DNA of 64,000 nt from a virus, in the UHGV virus genome UHGV-1373362; one strand, written 5' to 3'. Below, piece by piece: positions 37,044 to 47,678 of this stretch. The notes below the pieces were generated by a model. It searched no databases, was not told the origin of the DNA, and saw only the letters and a program-made list of their open reading frames with translations. Numbering within the stretch: position 1 is the first letter of the stretch; every line of letters starts with the position of its first letter. A program made the translations under genes and the position numbers.

Positions 37044-37883
37044 ATGATTAAAGAAAAATTGGCTGCTGCTATCGCTAAAAAGAATAATGACATCACTACC
37101 TTCGTATGGAAGGGTCGCAAGGTTGAAGTAAATGGACAACTCGTACAAGAGGAGAAAAGACTTGTTGATTGTTCAGAGAATGAGCTAAGAGGCTTCTATA
37201 ACCATTGTGAGTCTATGCTTCATAATGACAGTAAGGAATACCCTGGAAGGTATGTCTTAATGAACATCATTGAGGATCAGAGAAGGAGATGTAACACAGA
37301 ACTATTCTTACGTTGGCTAGAACAAGATAGGGGCATTCCAAGATTTACGTTCCTTGCTTCCTTAAGAGCATTCTTAGATAACAATAAGGGCTTAGATACC
37401 AAGGAGGCAACAATTTCAGAAGTACTAATAGGGGAGTGTCCAGTGGAGTTTGCCAAAGTTCCAGTGGATATGGTACTCGAAGGTTGCTTGGATAAACTAG
37501 GTAAGTTTAACAAACAACATATTACCCTAACATTTATCCTAAAACAGGGCTTGTGGTTTACACAACAAGAGTCCAAGGATTTAACTGAGAAAACTCCTAA
37601 TGGAGAATTTCGTGAGAAGGCAGAAGTTGCCAAAGAAAGACTAGGACTGAAACCAACTGTAAATTTGTATATGACTCCAAAAGGATTGTCATTTACTCAG
37701 TTACGTGCTATGGTAAATTTGAAGAGCAAGAAATACTCTGAACTTACCACTGCTCAATTAGAGACATTGAGGAATAGAATATTATATTCTTTGGAAGACG
37801 ATGTTAAATTCCATGCTAATCAATGGGAGACCCGCAAGAACCAGATCAAGATGGTTTGTGAGTCTAAGGGATATACTCTTTAA
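37044..37883 (+). CDS. hypothetical protein
   Basis: 279-aa ORF. Confidence 0.5.
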   Translation: MIKEKLAAAIAKKNNDITTFVWKGRKVEVNGQLVQEEKRLVDCSENELRGFYNHCESMLHNDSKEYPGRYVLMNIIEDQRRRCNTELFLRWLEQDRGIPRFTFLASLRAFLDNNKGLDTKEATISEVLIGECPVEFAKVPVDMVLEGCLDKLGKFNKQHITLTFILKQGLWFTQQESKDLTEKTPNGEFREKAEVAKERLGLKPTVNLYMTPKGLSFTQLRAMVNLKSKKYSELTTAQLETLRNRILYSLEDDVKFHANQWETRKNQIKMVCESKGYTL

Positions 37884-37979
37884 GGTTAGCTCATTCTACT
37901 CACCTGAGTACTATGCATTACTGTTAAGTTATATAACTACTATTTAGTTTGAGTAAACTTAGGGATTTATTAGTAGTAT

Positions 37980-39248
37980 ATGGCAGACTTATTTGGTAAT
38001 CTAAGTAGAACAGAACGTCAAGAACAAGGGGTTCAGAAATGGGTAGATAATAAGTTATGTGGGACACTTAACTGGGCAACAGGTGTTGGTAAAACTAGGG
38101 GAGGTATGATGGCTATATCAAGATTCCTAAAGAAGAATCCTAACAGGTCTGTCATTATTGTAGTTCCTAGCGAGCCGGTAAAAGAACAGTGGAATAAGGA
38201 ACTGATTGAATGGAACCTATTCCAACAGTGTTCAGTAAAGACTATGAATGACACATCTATAAATGAATACACATGCAGTCTATTAGTTATAGATGAAATT
38301 CATAAAATAGGGGCACCTACATTGCTGAATATATTTAAAAACATCCGATATACAGTGATTCTCGGTTTAACTGCCACGTTTCACAGACTGGATGGTAAAG
38401 ATGAAATTATCCGTAAGCATTGTCCTATCGTAGATATAATACCTATTGATGAGGCTATAACAAACGGATGGCTCTCTGATTATAGAGAGTATGAGGTTCT
38501 AATAGAACCCAATGATATTGAAGTTTATAAAGAGATAAATAGGGAGTTTTACCAACATTTCTCATATTTTAATAATGATTTTCAGCTAGCTATGAACTGT
38601 GTCAAGGACTGGAAGCTTAGATCATCCTTAGCATCTGAGAAATGTAAAGCCAATCCAAACATGGAATTTAAGGATGTCAATAAGCAAATCCTTGTTCATG
38701 CTATGGGATTTAGTAGAACCCTACAAGCTCGAAAGAAATATATATATACCCATCCCAGGAAAATTGAACTAACTAATCTTATATTGGAACATAGAAAGGA
38801 TAAAAAATGTATCACCTTCAGTGCTTATGTTTCCATGGCTGAGAAAATCAAGTATGGTTCGGTATATTCAGGTAAAGATACTGTTAAGAAGGGTAGGATG
38901 ACATTATCTGAATTTATACAAGCTGACGGGGGGGTATTGAACACTGTTATGAAGTTAAACGAAGGTTTTAACTGTCCCGACATTAGTGTCTCAGTCATAC
39001 TGGGGTTTAATAGTAGTAGTACTGCTAAAACACAACGGATTGGCAGAGTTATTAGGCACAAGGAGGGGAAAGTATCAGAAGTATTTACTTTAGTTCTTAA
39101 GGGAACCGTAGAGGAAGAATGGTATCGGAGAAGCTCCTCTGGGGGGAAGTATATTACTATTGGTGAGGATGATCTTCTAAACGTACTGGAGGGTAAAGAA
39201 GTTATTCCTAAGAAGAAAAAGCAAACTAAAATGATATTTAGATTCTAA
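37980..39248 (+). CDS. superfamily-2 DNA/RNA helicase
   Basis: Walker A ATGVGKT, DExH box LLVIDEIHK, and C-terminal helicase domain motifs. 422 aa. Confidence 0.7.
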   Translation: MADLFGNLSRTERQEQGVQKWVDNKLCGTLNWATGVGKTRGGMMAISRFLKKNPNRSVIIVVPSEPVKEQWNKELIEWNLFQQCSVKTMNDTSINEYTCSLLVIDEIHKIGAPTLLNIFKNIRYTVILGLTATFHRLDGKDEIIRKHCPIVDIIPIDEAITNGWLSDYREYEVLIEPNDIEVYKEINREFYQHFSYFNNDFQLAMNCVKDWKLRSSLASEKCKANPNMEFKDVNKQILVHAMGFSRTLQARKKYIYTHPRKIELTNLILEHRKDKKCITFSAYVSMAEKIKYGSVYSGKDTVKKGRMTLSEFIQADGGVLNTVMKLNEGFNCPDISVSVILGFNSSSTAKTQRIGRVIRHKEGKVSEVFTLVLKGTVEEEWYRRSSSGGKYITIGEDDLLNVLEGKEVIPKKKKQTKMIFRF

Positions 39249-39741
39249 TGTTTGAGGTGACTTATTACGATATTTCATCCAGAAGTGCAACATCTTCTTC
39301 TATTACGAAGACGGCAGATGCCATAGAAGTATTGAAATATTTAGAGAAAGCACAGGATAAGCGTATTATTATAGCTTCTCTTACATTTGGGGGCAAGCGT
39401 TTAGATGTTAGCACACTATGTTTATCCCTACAATTTAAGTAGATCCATTTGGTAATTCGAGAGATTTCTACTATCTTTGTACTCTTAACATCTTAGTAAG
39501 ATGACAACAGAAAGAATGTTAGAACTCATTATACTTAACAAATTCATGGACAGATATAACAATATGCCTCCACAAGCTAAAGCACTTATTTGTGAGAAAA
39601 TTTGTATATCTAAGGTGGATGAGAGAATACTTATGTTAGGAGAAGAGTTCTTAGCCCCATATGTAATTGATAACACTTCGAGAGAAGGATAAAACGTTTA
39701 CAGTTAGTAGATTGTTAGTTATTGGCTAATGATTTATTTAA

Positions 39742-40362
39742 TTGGAAAAATTAAGTTTAACGATTGGTAATCAATTAACAATGATGGAGAAATACAGGCT
39801 TACAGCAGAAGAAGTCTTGTTAATTGAATTATTATTTTTAGCAAGTATTGAAGAAGGGCATAAGGAATATCTAGTTAAATATTTTACAATGCCTATAACT
39901 AGAACCAATCTTAGGGATCTTTTAGTTAGTCTTCAAGAAAAGGGAATTATTACTAAACAGTATAAGATTCCGGATAAGGGTCAAAAGTTTGATCCTGAGA
40001 GTGTCATATTTAATCAGAACTTCCTTAATAACTATAGGAAATTCAGTGGAGATCTAGGAGCAGAGTTCCTGATGACCTATCCTCATAATGGTATTATTAA
40101 TGGTGTAGAGGTTCCACTCAATAACTGGGCTAAGAAGTTCAGTACAGAAGAGGAATTTTATTATGCCTATGGTAAGTCTATAGGTTGGAAGCTAGACAAA
40201 CACAATGAGGTTCTTGAATTAGTTAAGTGGGCGAAGGATAATAATTGTAATCTACTTAATATGAATGTAGCTGATTTTGCTGTTAGTAAGATTTGGCAAA
40301 ACATAGCAGAACTCAAGAATGGAGATGGGCTTATGAGGTTTGATACTATTACTTCTATTTGA
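39742..40362 (+). CDS. hypothetical protein
   Basis: 206-aa ORF immediately upstream of the DnaB-like helicase; a helicase-loader role is possible but unsupported. Confidence 0.4.
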   Translation: MEKLSLTIGNQLTMMEKYRLTAEEVLLIELLFLASIEEGHKEYLVKYFTMPITRTNLRDLLVSLQEKGIITKQYKIPDKGQKFDPESVIFNQNFLNNYRKFSGDLGAEFLMTYPHNGIINGVEVPLNNWAKKFSTEEEFYYAYGKSIGWKLDKHNEVLELVKWAKDNNCNLLNMNVADFAVSKIWQNIAELKNGDGLMRFDTITSI

Positions 40363-41459
40363 TGGGTAAATATACAAAGAGGCTTAAAAGCCTAATTGAT
40401 AAAGGAAGAGCTGGGGAGAATCATGCATTGACAATGGGGCTTCCTAAACTGGAGAGATTTGTCGATGGTGTAGCACAGGAAACATATTATTTAATAGCTG
40501 GAGGTACTGGTTCTGGTAAAACTTCCTTTGCACTACACTCATTTATCTATAAACCTTTAATGGAGAACATTGACAATCCAAACTTTCATATTATATATTT
40601 TAGTTTAGAAATGACTGCTGAGCAATTACTTGGTAAAATTCTTTCTATTTATATATATGAAACATTTGGTGTAGAGTTATCCTTTAAGGAGTTATTATCT
40701 AGGAGTAAGGACATTACTTTGTCAGATGAGAACTATGAACTAGTGTGTAACTCGTTAGATATGCTTGATAAGATCGAATCTCATATGATAATATATGACA
40801 AACCACTAAATAACCAGCGAATGTGTGAGTTCATAATTGAAACTCTTAAACAGTTTGGTGAATTTGATGGAGATACATATACATTACACAATCCAAATCA
40901 TATTATTTTAGTAGCTTTAGACCATATTGGTTTAGCTAGACCTTCTATTGGTAACACTAAAAAGGATGAGATGGATGCCATGTCTTCTTCCTTAGTATCA
41001 TTCAGGAATAAGTGCAAAGTCAGCCCTGTGGTAGTAATGCAGGTAAATAGAGGTGCTTCTAATGTCGAGAGGCGTAAGTTGAACTTCCAAGAATTACAGT
41101 TAGATGATTTGAAGGGTTCTGGCAATCCTTCTGAGGATGCTAACATCGTAATTGCCCTGTTTTATCCGTTTAGGGAGAAGATGTCTACATATAGAGGATA
41201 TGACATTACTAAGTTAGGTGAAAATTTTAGAAGTGCAGTAGTTCTGAAAAATAGATGGGGTGCAGCTGATATTGCTGTAGGTTTAGGGTTTTATGGTAAA
41301 ACTGGTTTATTTAAAGAATTACCTATTGCATCTAAAATTATTGACTATGATAAGTACAGTACACCAAATTGGTGCGTTTCAACATTAGATTTACAATGTA
41401 CTGAAGAGATCGAACCAGAAATAATAGATTCAAGTGAGAAAATGACTTTAGTTCTATAA
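40359..41459 (+). CDS. DnaB-family replicative helicase
   Basis: Walker A AGGTGSGKTSF and the DnaB H1a motif FSLEM. RecA-like C-terminal domain. 366 aa. Confidence 0.7.
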   Translation: MMGKYTKRLKSLIDKGRAGENHALTMGLPKLERFVDGVAQETYYLIAGGTGSGKTSFALHSFIYKPLMENIDNPNFHIIYFSLEMTAEQLLGKILSIYIYETFGVELSFKELLSRSKDITLSDENYELVCNSLDMLDKIESHMIIYDKPLNNQRMCEFIIETLKQFGEFDGDTYTLHNPNHIILVALDHIGLARPSIGNTKKDEMDAMSSSLVSFRNKCKVSPVVVMQVNRGASNVERRKLNFQELQLDDLKGSGNPSEDANIVIALFYPFREKMSTYRGYDITKLGENFRSAVVLKNRWGAADIAVGLGFYGKTGLFKELPIASKIIDYDKYSTPNWCVSTLDLQCTEEIEPEIIDSSEKMTLVL

Positions 41460-41462
41460 TTA

Positions 41463-42161
41463 ATGGCTGCAGAAACAATAGCGATCGTTGGTGAAAGTGG
41501 TACTGGGAAAAGTACTAGTTTGAGAAATTTAAACCCAGATGAGACCTTTTTAATCTCTACTACGGGCAAACCTTTACCTTTTAAAGGGTACAAAAGGAAG
41601 TATAAGGAGATTAAGAAAGAGGGGTCCGAATGGGTGGGCAATTATTACGTTAGTTCCAAATATGATAAAATTATAAACATCTTGAAGATTGTAAACTTGA
41701 AGATGCCACATATCAAACAAGTAATAATTGATGATTGGCAGTATATGTTGAGTTATGAATTTGTAGACAGGGCAACAGAAGTGGGATTTACTAAGTTTAC
41801 TGAATTAGCCCAACATGCTATGGAGGTTCTCAGGTACTCAGAGCAAATGAGGGAATCCTGCAAAATGATCTTCTTGACCCATTCCGAAAACGTTGGTGAC
41901 GCAATCAACCCTAAATATACAATCAAAACTATTGGTAAGTTGTTGGCTGAGAAAGTAACCCTAGAGGGTCTATTTACTTATGTATTCTTTACCAAAGTAT
42001 CAGAAGGGGAATCTGGTAGAATGGATTATAAATTCCTTACTAATACTGATGGAGAGTGTGTAGCTAAAACTCCAATGGGAATGTTTGAAGAGTTGTTAAT
42101 TGACAATGATTTGAATGAGATTATACGGGTAATTGATGAGTATAACAACGATGAAGAATGA
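41463..42161 (+). CDS. P-loop ATPase (RecA-like / Sak4-like)
   Basis: Walker A VGESGTGKST at the N-terminus. 232 aa, a size typical of core-only RecA-like recombination ATPases. Confidence 0.5.
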   Translation: MAAETIAIVGESGTGKSTSLRNLNPDETFLISTTGKPLPFKGYKRKYKEIKKEGSEWVGNYYVSSKYDKIINILKIVNLKMPHIKQVIIDDWQYMLSYEFVDRATEVGFTKFTELAQHAMEVLRYSEQMRESCKMIFLTHSENVGDAINPKYTIKTIGKLLAEKVTLEGLFTYVFFTKVSEGESGRMDYKFLTNTDGECVAKTPMGMFEELLIDNDLNEIIRVIDEYNNDEE

Positions 42162-42727
42162 TTATTAAGATGATGATTACCTTTGACTATAATCCTGATA
42201 CCAAGGAATGTGTTCTCCTAAAACAGGAACAGGTCAAGGAAAAATCTCCCAAGACTACAAGTAAGGCTGAGGCAGCGGAAGAATCTGCTGAACCTCAGAT
42301 TACATTAGAGTCAAATAAATACGTGCTTAACAAAGCTGCTGCTGAACTTATGGGAGTCCAGTGGGAAGACCGATTAGATATTAAATACCAAAAAGTAGAT
42401 AAATTAACATTCCCTATTATTGGAACTGATACAGCTTGGAAAACTAAGTCTGGTAACAAGCTTACCAAGAGTTTAACAGTATGTTGCAGGGGTAATGCTA
42501 ATGAAATGTTGTCTAAATATGGCGATACATTTACCGTAACTCCCTGGAAGGGCCATAATAACTTATTTGTCCTCGTGGGTAACAAGGACAGGGCAGAGGA
42601 ACCGGTAGTAGAGGATAGTAATATACAGATTAAAGAGGATGAAAATCCAGTAGAAGATTTACCATTAGATACTGAATTAGATGATGAAGAAGCGTACAAG
42701 ATTGACGATTTAACATTTGAACTCTAA
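42158..42727 (+). CDS. hypothetical acidic-tailed protein
   Basis: 189 aa with an acidic C-terminus ending DDLTFEL. Confidence 0.4.
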   Translation: MIIKMMITFDYNPDTKECVLLKQEQVKEKSPKTTSKAEAAEESAEPQITLESNKYVLNKAAAELMGVQWEDRLDIKYQKVDKLTFPIIGTDTAWKTKSGNKLTKSLTVCCRGNANEMLSKYGDTFTVTPWKGHNNLFVLVGNKDRAEEPVVEDSNIQIKEDENPVEDLPLDTELDDEEAYKIDDLTFEL

Positions 42728-42741
42728 AATCTTTATATATT

Positions 42742-43404
42742 ATGGCAGGAATGACATTTAACTTAGGTGGAACTAAAGGTACAGCAATTGTAAGACTAAA
42801 ACCTTGGAATATTTATAACGTAGTGTTTAAGGGTATTGATTATACCTCTGGCACCAATAAGGAAGGAAATCCTTGGCAGGGTATGAAAATCAAATTCTCT
42901 AGTGAGGAAGGTGTTTTTGAACCTGTAATTTTCTGTCCAGGTGAGAAGGGTGATGAGAGATTGTCAGGGGAAACTAACGGTAAGAAGTGGGAATTACCTT
43001 CTAACCTTGAATCCTTGAAATTTACTATTGCTCACTTATTAGATAGCTTGTGTCCAGAAAATGTAGAGAAGTTTAACAAGGTATCTTGGACTTTACCTGA
43101 TGAGTTTAACAAATTGGTGGAGTTACTTAATAAGGCTCTATCTAAGGCTGTAAACAAGTCAACTAAGTTGAAATTAATTGGTAATAGTAAGGGATATGCT
43201 TCCTTACCCAACTTTGTTTCAATTAATAAAGAAGGTGAAGCGTACATCTCTAACAACTGGCTAGGTGATAACGTGGCTTTCTCAGATTATGAAATGAAAC
43301 AAATGGAAAGACAAAAGAATGCTAAGCCAACCTCAGCTCCAGAAGAGCCAACTGATTCTGTAAGTGAATCAGCAGGTAATGAGGACTTGGATTTTGAAGT
43401 CTAA
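42742..43404 (+). CDS. possible single-strand DNA-binding protein
   Basis: 220 aa with an acidic C-terminal tail ending EDLDFEV, resembling the SSB DDDIPF tail. Sits in the replication module. Weak call. Confidence 0.3.
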   Translation: MAGMTFNLGGTKGTAIVRLKPWNIYNVVFKGIDYTSGTNKEGNPWQGMKIKFSSEEGVFEPVIFCPGEKGDERLSGETNGKKWELPSNLESLKFTIAHLLDSLCPENVEKFNKVSWTLPDEFNKLVELLNKALSKAVNKSTKLKLIGNSKGYASLPNFVSINKEGEAYISNNWLGDNVAFSDYEMKQMERQKNAKPTSAPEEPTDSVSESAGNEDLDFEV

Positions 43405-43451
43405 CATATAATTAGTAAGTTTGTAGTTCTGAAATAAACATATAAATTAAT

Positions 43452-44471
43452 ATGGAATTAAACTTTGGACCTACAATTACTAAGCAATACCTGTTAGACA
43501 GAGCATCTCAAGAAACATATTTAGAATATTATTTAGGCATCCCCGTTAAAAAGGGTTTGTTTAAATCACCTCTAAGAGCAGATAATAGTCCAACTTGTGC
43601 CTTTTATAGGAATAAATCAGGCGACATTATCTTTAAGGATTTTAGTGGAGCATTTTATGGCAATTTTATTAGTGTAGTCATGTACAAGTATGGCTTAACT
43701 TATTATAAAGCATTAAGAATGATTGCTAATGATTTCGGCTACATTAAACATCCCACGCTTATTAAAAACCCAAAACCTGTTACTGTTAGTACAAGTGATT
43801 TCAAGGAATCTAAGGAGGCTAACATACAGGTTGAAATTCAGGATTTCACGGAAGATGAACTGAATTGGTGGTTGAAATTTGGTATTACGGAGAAGATTCT
43901 TAAAAAGTTTAAGGTCTTCTCCTGTAAGACCGTATTTTTAAATGGTAACTTCTTTAGGAGTTCCACTAAAAGTAGTCCTATATTCGGATATTATAGAGGT
44001 AAAACTGAAGATGGCACCGAATTATGGAGAATATATTTTCCAAAGCATAAGAAGAATGATATAAGGTTTCTCTCGAATTGGAAATCTATACTTCTACAAG
44101 GCAGCAAGCAGTTGCCTAAAGAGGATGATGTCTTAGTAATCACTAAAAGTATGAAAGATGTAATGACTTTGTATTCATTAGGAATCACTGCCATTGCTCC
44201 TAATTCGGAGAACCTATTCTTAACTGAAAATCAATATTTGAAGCTAAGGGGTAGATTTAAGAGAATGGTTGTATTTTATGATAACGACTTACCTGGTATT
44301 AGAAATATGAACAAGATTAGGAAAAAATTTCCTGATGTTGAGTGTATGTGGATACCAAGAAAGTATAATGCTAAGGACATATCAGATTTTCATTTATTAT
44401 ACGGTAGGGAAGCAACCCTTGAATTAATCAATTATGCCAGAAGTAGAGGAAAAGCCAAAAAGGAAGCGTAA
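43452..44471 (+). CDS. DNA primase (TOPRIM domain)
   Basis: TOPRIM-like acidic motifs (VLVITKSMKD...VVFYDNDLPG) as in DnaG-type primases. Adjacent to the helicase genes. Confidence 0.5.
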   Translation: MELNFGPTITKQYLLDRASQETYLEYYLGIPVKKGLFKSPLRADNSPTCAFYRNKSGDIIFKDFSGAFYGNFISVVMYKYGLTYYKALRMIANDFGYIKHPTLIKNPKPVTVSTSDFKESKEANIQVEIQDFTEDELNWWLKFGITEKILKKFKVFSCKTVFLNGNFFRSSTKSSPIFGYYRGKTEDGTELWRIYFPKHKKNDIRFLSNWKSILLQGSKQLPKEDDVLVITKSMKDVMTLYSLGITAIAPNSENLFLTENQYLKLRGRFKRMVVFYDNDLPGIRNMNKIRKKFPDVECMWIPRKYNAKDISDFHLLYGREATLELINYARSRGKAKKEA

Positions 44472-44820
44472 TGGAGCCTATGCTAGACGCAAGGGTAACA
44501 ATTATGAACTAAAGATTATTAAGGAGTTAATAGAATTGGGCTATGAGGGCCTTAAATCAGCTAGATCAGAATCCAAAAATCTGGATAATGATAAAATTGA
44601 TATAGCTGAGACTGTAGACCACCTACCATGCTATATACAGTGTAAATGCACTAAGAATACTCCTTCTATATCTGAAATAATTAAAACATGTCCACGCAAG
44701 GACAGGCCACTTGTAATTATTTGGAACAAACAAATCGATAAAGAAGTCAACATGGCTTCAGATGGGCAATATGTTATGATGTCCAAAGAATTTTTTTATG
44801 ATTTAATAAGGAAGAATTAG
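44434..44820 (+). CDS. Holliday-junction resolvase-like PD-(D/E)XK nuclease (Hjc-like)
   Basis: RKGNNYELKIIKELIELGY...DIAE...IQCK parallels the Hjc/archaeal resolvase core (KG..E.....L...G.....D..A.....E.K). Confidence 0.4.
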   Translation: MPEVEEKPKRKRNGAYARRKGNNYELKIIKELIELGYEGLKSARSESKNLDNDKIDIAETVDHLPCYIQCKCTKNTPSISEIIKTCPRKDRPLVIIWNKQIDKEVNMASDGQYVMMSKEFFYDLIRKN

Positions 44821-44822
44821 AT

Positions 44823-45554
44823 ATGAATGTATTAGTTATACCAGTACAATCTGTTAGTGATGTAATTACTAATAGTTCCTCTGAGGTTTTTATCTTAGAC
44901 ACAGGAAAGACATGTGAGGAAGTTAATAATGTCCTCAAAGGATTTACTTCAGGATTTAGATATCCAGAAGTCTTCTCGTTAAAAGATTACCGGGAATGGA
45001 GAAAGAAACTCCGCAGTGGTGAACTTGAAGAAAGCTGGGATTATCCTGGAACTATATTTGATATAGCCGATGGGTGGTTTAGGGATCCGGAAAATGAGGA
45101 AGATGTTTTAGAATTGAGAATAGACTTCCTATTTGACCCATTTGAGACCCATGACTATGGTGATGGTTTTATAGCCCATAGCTACAGTAGTAGGTATAAG
45201 GAGCCTATTCAGGATGCCTTTATTGATTTTCTAAATGACAACTGGGACAGAGTTGGTGAAGCTATAAATCGTGTCCTTGGTGAAGTAGATGAGGATGAAA
45301 CAGATAACATTGACTGGGGGACTCTACGTAAATATAACCACTGGTTTGAGGATGCTCTGCAGGATATTTCTAAGGAATTCTTAAAGAACTACAACGGACC
45401 TAAACCTACAGTGTGGGAGGTTAGTAAAAATGAGGATGTGAGAAGGCTAGATGGTAAGATATTGGTTGTAAGTAACGATGATAACAGTATCCCTTATGAT
45501 ACTTGGGATAAGATTAATAGTTTATTTAATGGTTGGAATGTGCATTTAGGATGA
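44823..45554 (+). CDS. paralog family protein 1 (N-terminal QSxSDVITNSSSE motif)
   Basis: Starts MNVLVIPVQSVSDVITNSSSEVF. First of four tandem paralogs. Confidence 0.5.
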   Translation: MNVLVIPVQSVSDVITNSSSEVFILDTGKTCEEVNNVLKGFTSGFRYPEVFSLKDYREWRKKLRSGELEESWDYPGTIFDIADGWFRDPENEEDVLELRIDFLFDPFETHDYGDGFIAHSYSSRYKEPIQDAFIDFLNDNWDRVGEAINRVLGEVDEDETDNIDWGTLRKYNHWFEDALQDISKEFLKNYNGPKPTVWEVSKNEDVRRLDGKILVVSNDDNSIPYDTWDKINSLFNGWNVHLG

Positions 45555-46054
45555 TATTTAAACTGCAATCTTTAAACGATGTAGTAACTAACAGTAGTAT
45601 GGAAGTCTATCAAGAGGCTACACAATACACTGTTGATGCTATAAAAGATATTATTAATGTAATTTTAAAGATTAGTGGTTCAGATAAGTCCTGTGACGAC
45701 TTATTCACCGTTAGTATTAACTATGAGGATATGCTTGAGTCATATTTCGAAGACATCCTTGATAAGTCCGATATTGATGAGGAATATCTAGGTATGATTG
45801 AAGAAATCAGAAGTCGTAAAGATGACTCTGGACGGTTTATCAGTGATTCTGAAGCATATGCTGAATTAGTTAAGACTGGTTTAGTGGGTGATGTAGTACC
45901 TACCATTGAGGAATATGTTAGGAACTTTGATAGTGATTGGAGATATCCAACTACTGAGGTGTCTATAATTCCTAAGGGTGAAGCAGAGCGTTCTGACATT
46001 GCCATACTAAACAAAATAAATGACTTATTCTGTGTCGAAGCGTGCTACAACTAA
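45533..46054 (+). CDS. paralog family protein 2
   Basis: KLQSLNDVVTNSSMEVY near the N-terminus. Confidence 0.45.
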   Translation: MECAFRMIFKLQSLNDVVTNSSMEVYQEATQYTVDAIKDIINVILKISGSDKSCDDLFTVSINYEDMLESYFEDILDKSDIDEEYLGMIEEIRSRKDDSGRFISDSEAYAELVKTGLVGDVVPTIEEYVRNFDSDWRYPTTEVSIIPKGEAERSDIAILNKINDLFCVEACYN

Positions 46055-46484
46055 GTACTACTTAATACCAATTCAGTCATTCTCCGACATTATAACTAAT
46101 AGTTCTTCTGAAACTTATATCGTTGATACTTCCTATACTGCCAAAGCACTAGAAGAGGTATTAGAGGGAATACACAAGAAATATGAGGGCGAAGAGTTCT
46201 ATTCTGGAGAATGCTGTGGTATTGAAGTAAGCGATTATAAGGAATATTGTAGAGAAGCCTATATGTGGGAAGAATGTGATGAGAATGGAACTCCATTTAC
46301 ATCTAAGGAAGACTATATAGCATGGGTGTTCGAAGTTCCTTTAAGTATTGCTAAAGAGTGTCTAGTTGTTAGGGTTGATTATGGCTATAGCTATGTAGAT
46401 GAATTTTTAAATAAGAATTTCAAATGTATAGCATCTGACCATGAAAGAATTAAAGTCCCAGACGGGTGTATTATTAAGTATTAA
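46020..46484 (+). CDS. paralog family protein 3
   Basis: LIPIQSFSDIITNSSSETY near the N-terminus. Confidence 0.45.
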   Translation: MTYSVSKRATTKYYLIPIQSFSDIITNSSSETYIVDTSYTAKALEEVLEGIHKKYEGEEFYSGECCGIEVSDYKEYCREAYMWEECDENGTPFTSKEDYIAWVFEVPLSIAKECLVVRVDYGYSYVDEFLNKNFKCIASDHERIKVPDGCIIKY

Positions 46485-46758
46485 TATCCAGTCATTCTCT
46501 GATGTAATTACTAATAGCTCTTCGGAGATATTCTGTACTATTACAGGAGACGATTTGGATGCTATTTACCAGCTTTTAAAACCACTATTCCCATCAGTGT
46601 ATGGTTATTCCGATATGGAACCTACACTACATATGGAAGGTAATGTTGTAACATTATGGCTTCCTTATGGCGAAGCACCAACAGAGTTCTATAAAGCAGG
46701 TCTAGAAGCAATACTTGATAAGCACTTTAAAGATAATTATATAATAGAGTACGAATGA
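46441..46758 (+). CDS. paralog family protein 4
   Basis: INIQSFSDVITNSSSEIF near the N-terminus. Confidence 0.45.
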   Translation: MKELKSQTGVLLSINIQSFSDVITNSSSEIFCTITGDDLDAIYQLLKPLFPSVYGYSDMEPTLHMEGNVVTLWLPYGEAPTEFYKAGLEAILDKHFKDNYIIEYE

Positions 46759-47678
46759 AAGATTGGACAAGCTGGGGAACTAAGGTAAGAGAGTTTCCTG
46801 CATACAATTATAAGGCTATATGGGGTAATCTAAAGACTATTCGAGTAGGTACTGGAGTAGCTAAGGAGTTACCTCCTGATATGGCTGAATTTTATGATGT
46901 TGGTATTAATACTGTATGTAATGCTGAATGTGATTTCTGTTATGTATCAGCAGGACATGGTGGTATTAACTATCCTGACATATGTGAAACATGGGAGAAA
47001 TGGATGCACATATATGAATCTAAAATGGAAGATGGCGTATTATATACTAGTAAGCCATTTCAGATTGCTATTGGTTCAACTGGTGAACCTACTATGCATC
47101 CAGACTTCTGTAAGTTCCTCGAAACAGTATATAATACTGGAGTAGTACCTAATTACACCACTAATGGTCTTATATTAGCTAGAGACAATGTTAAGGGAGG
47201 AGAAATCCTTGCCTATACTAAGGAATATGTTGGTGGAGTTGCAGTTAGCTTGGGTAATCCAAGTATCAGACTCCAAGCACATAGAGCTATTAATAAGCTA
47301 TTAACGTGGGGTAATACTAATGTAAATGTTCATCATATTATATCTGATAAAGTATCTGTAGATGAATTCTATGATACTGTACTTAGGTATGGTAATAGCA
47401 TTTACTATCATGTATTGTTGCCTTTAATGCCTTCTGGAAGAAGTAGTAAGGGTATTGAGCCTGGTGTGTTTGAATATTTAGAGGATGTAATTCAAGAACA
47501 TGATATAAAGAATGCAGCGTTTGGTGCACACTTTGTAGAATACTTGAAAACCTCTAAGATCAAGACACATCTCTATCCACCTGAATCGTTAAGTAAGAAT
47601 GTTATTCTTACTAAGGATAAGGTACAAATTACTCCAAGTTCCTTCAATCTTAATCCTATAATGACTATTAATTTATGA
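46755..47678 (+). CDS. radical SAM enzyme
   Basis: CxxxCxxC cluster CNAECDFCY at about residue 56. 307 aa. Confidence 0.6.
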   Translation: MKDWTSWGTKVREFPAYNYKAIWGNLKTIRVGTGVAKELPPDMAEFYDVGINTVCNAECDFCYVSAGHGGINYPDICETWEKWMHIYESKMEDGVLYTSKPFQIAIGSTGEPTMHPDFCKFLETVYNTGVVPNYTTNGLILARDNVKGGEILAYTKEYVGGVAVSLGNPSIRLQAHRAINKLLTWGNTNVNVHHIISDKVSVDEFYDTVLRYGNSIYYHVLLPLMPSGRSSKGIEPGVFEYLEDVIQEHDIKNAAFGAHFVEYLKTSKIKTHLYPPESLSKNVILTKDKVQITPSSFNLNPIMTINL

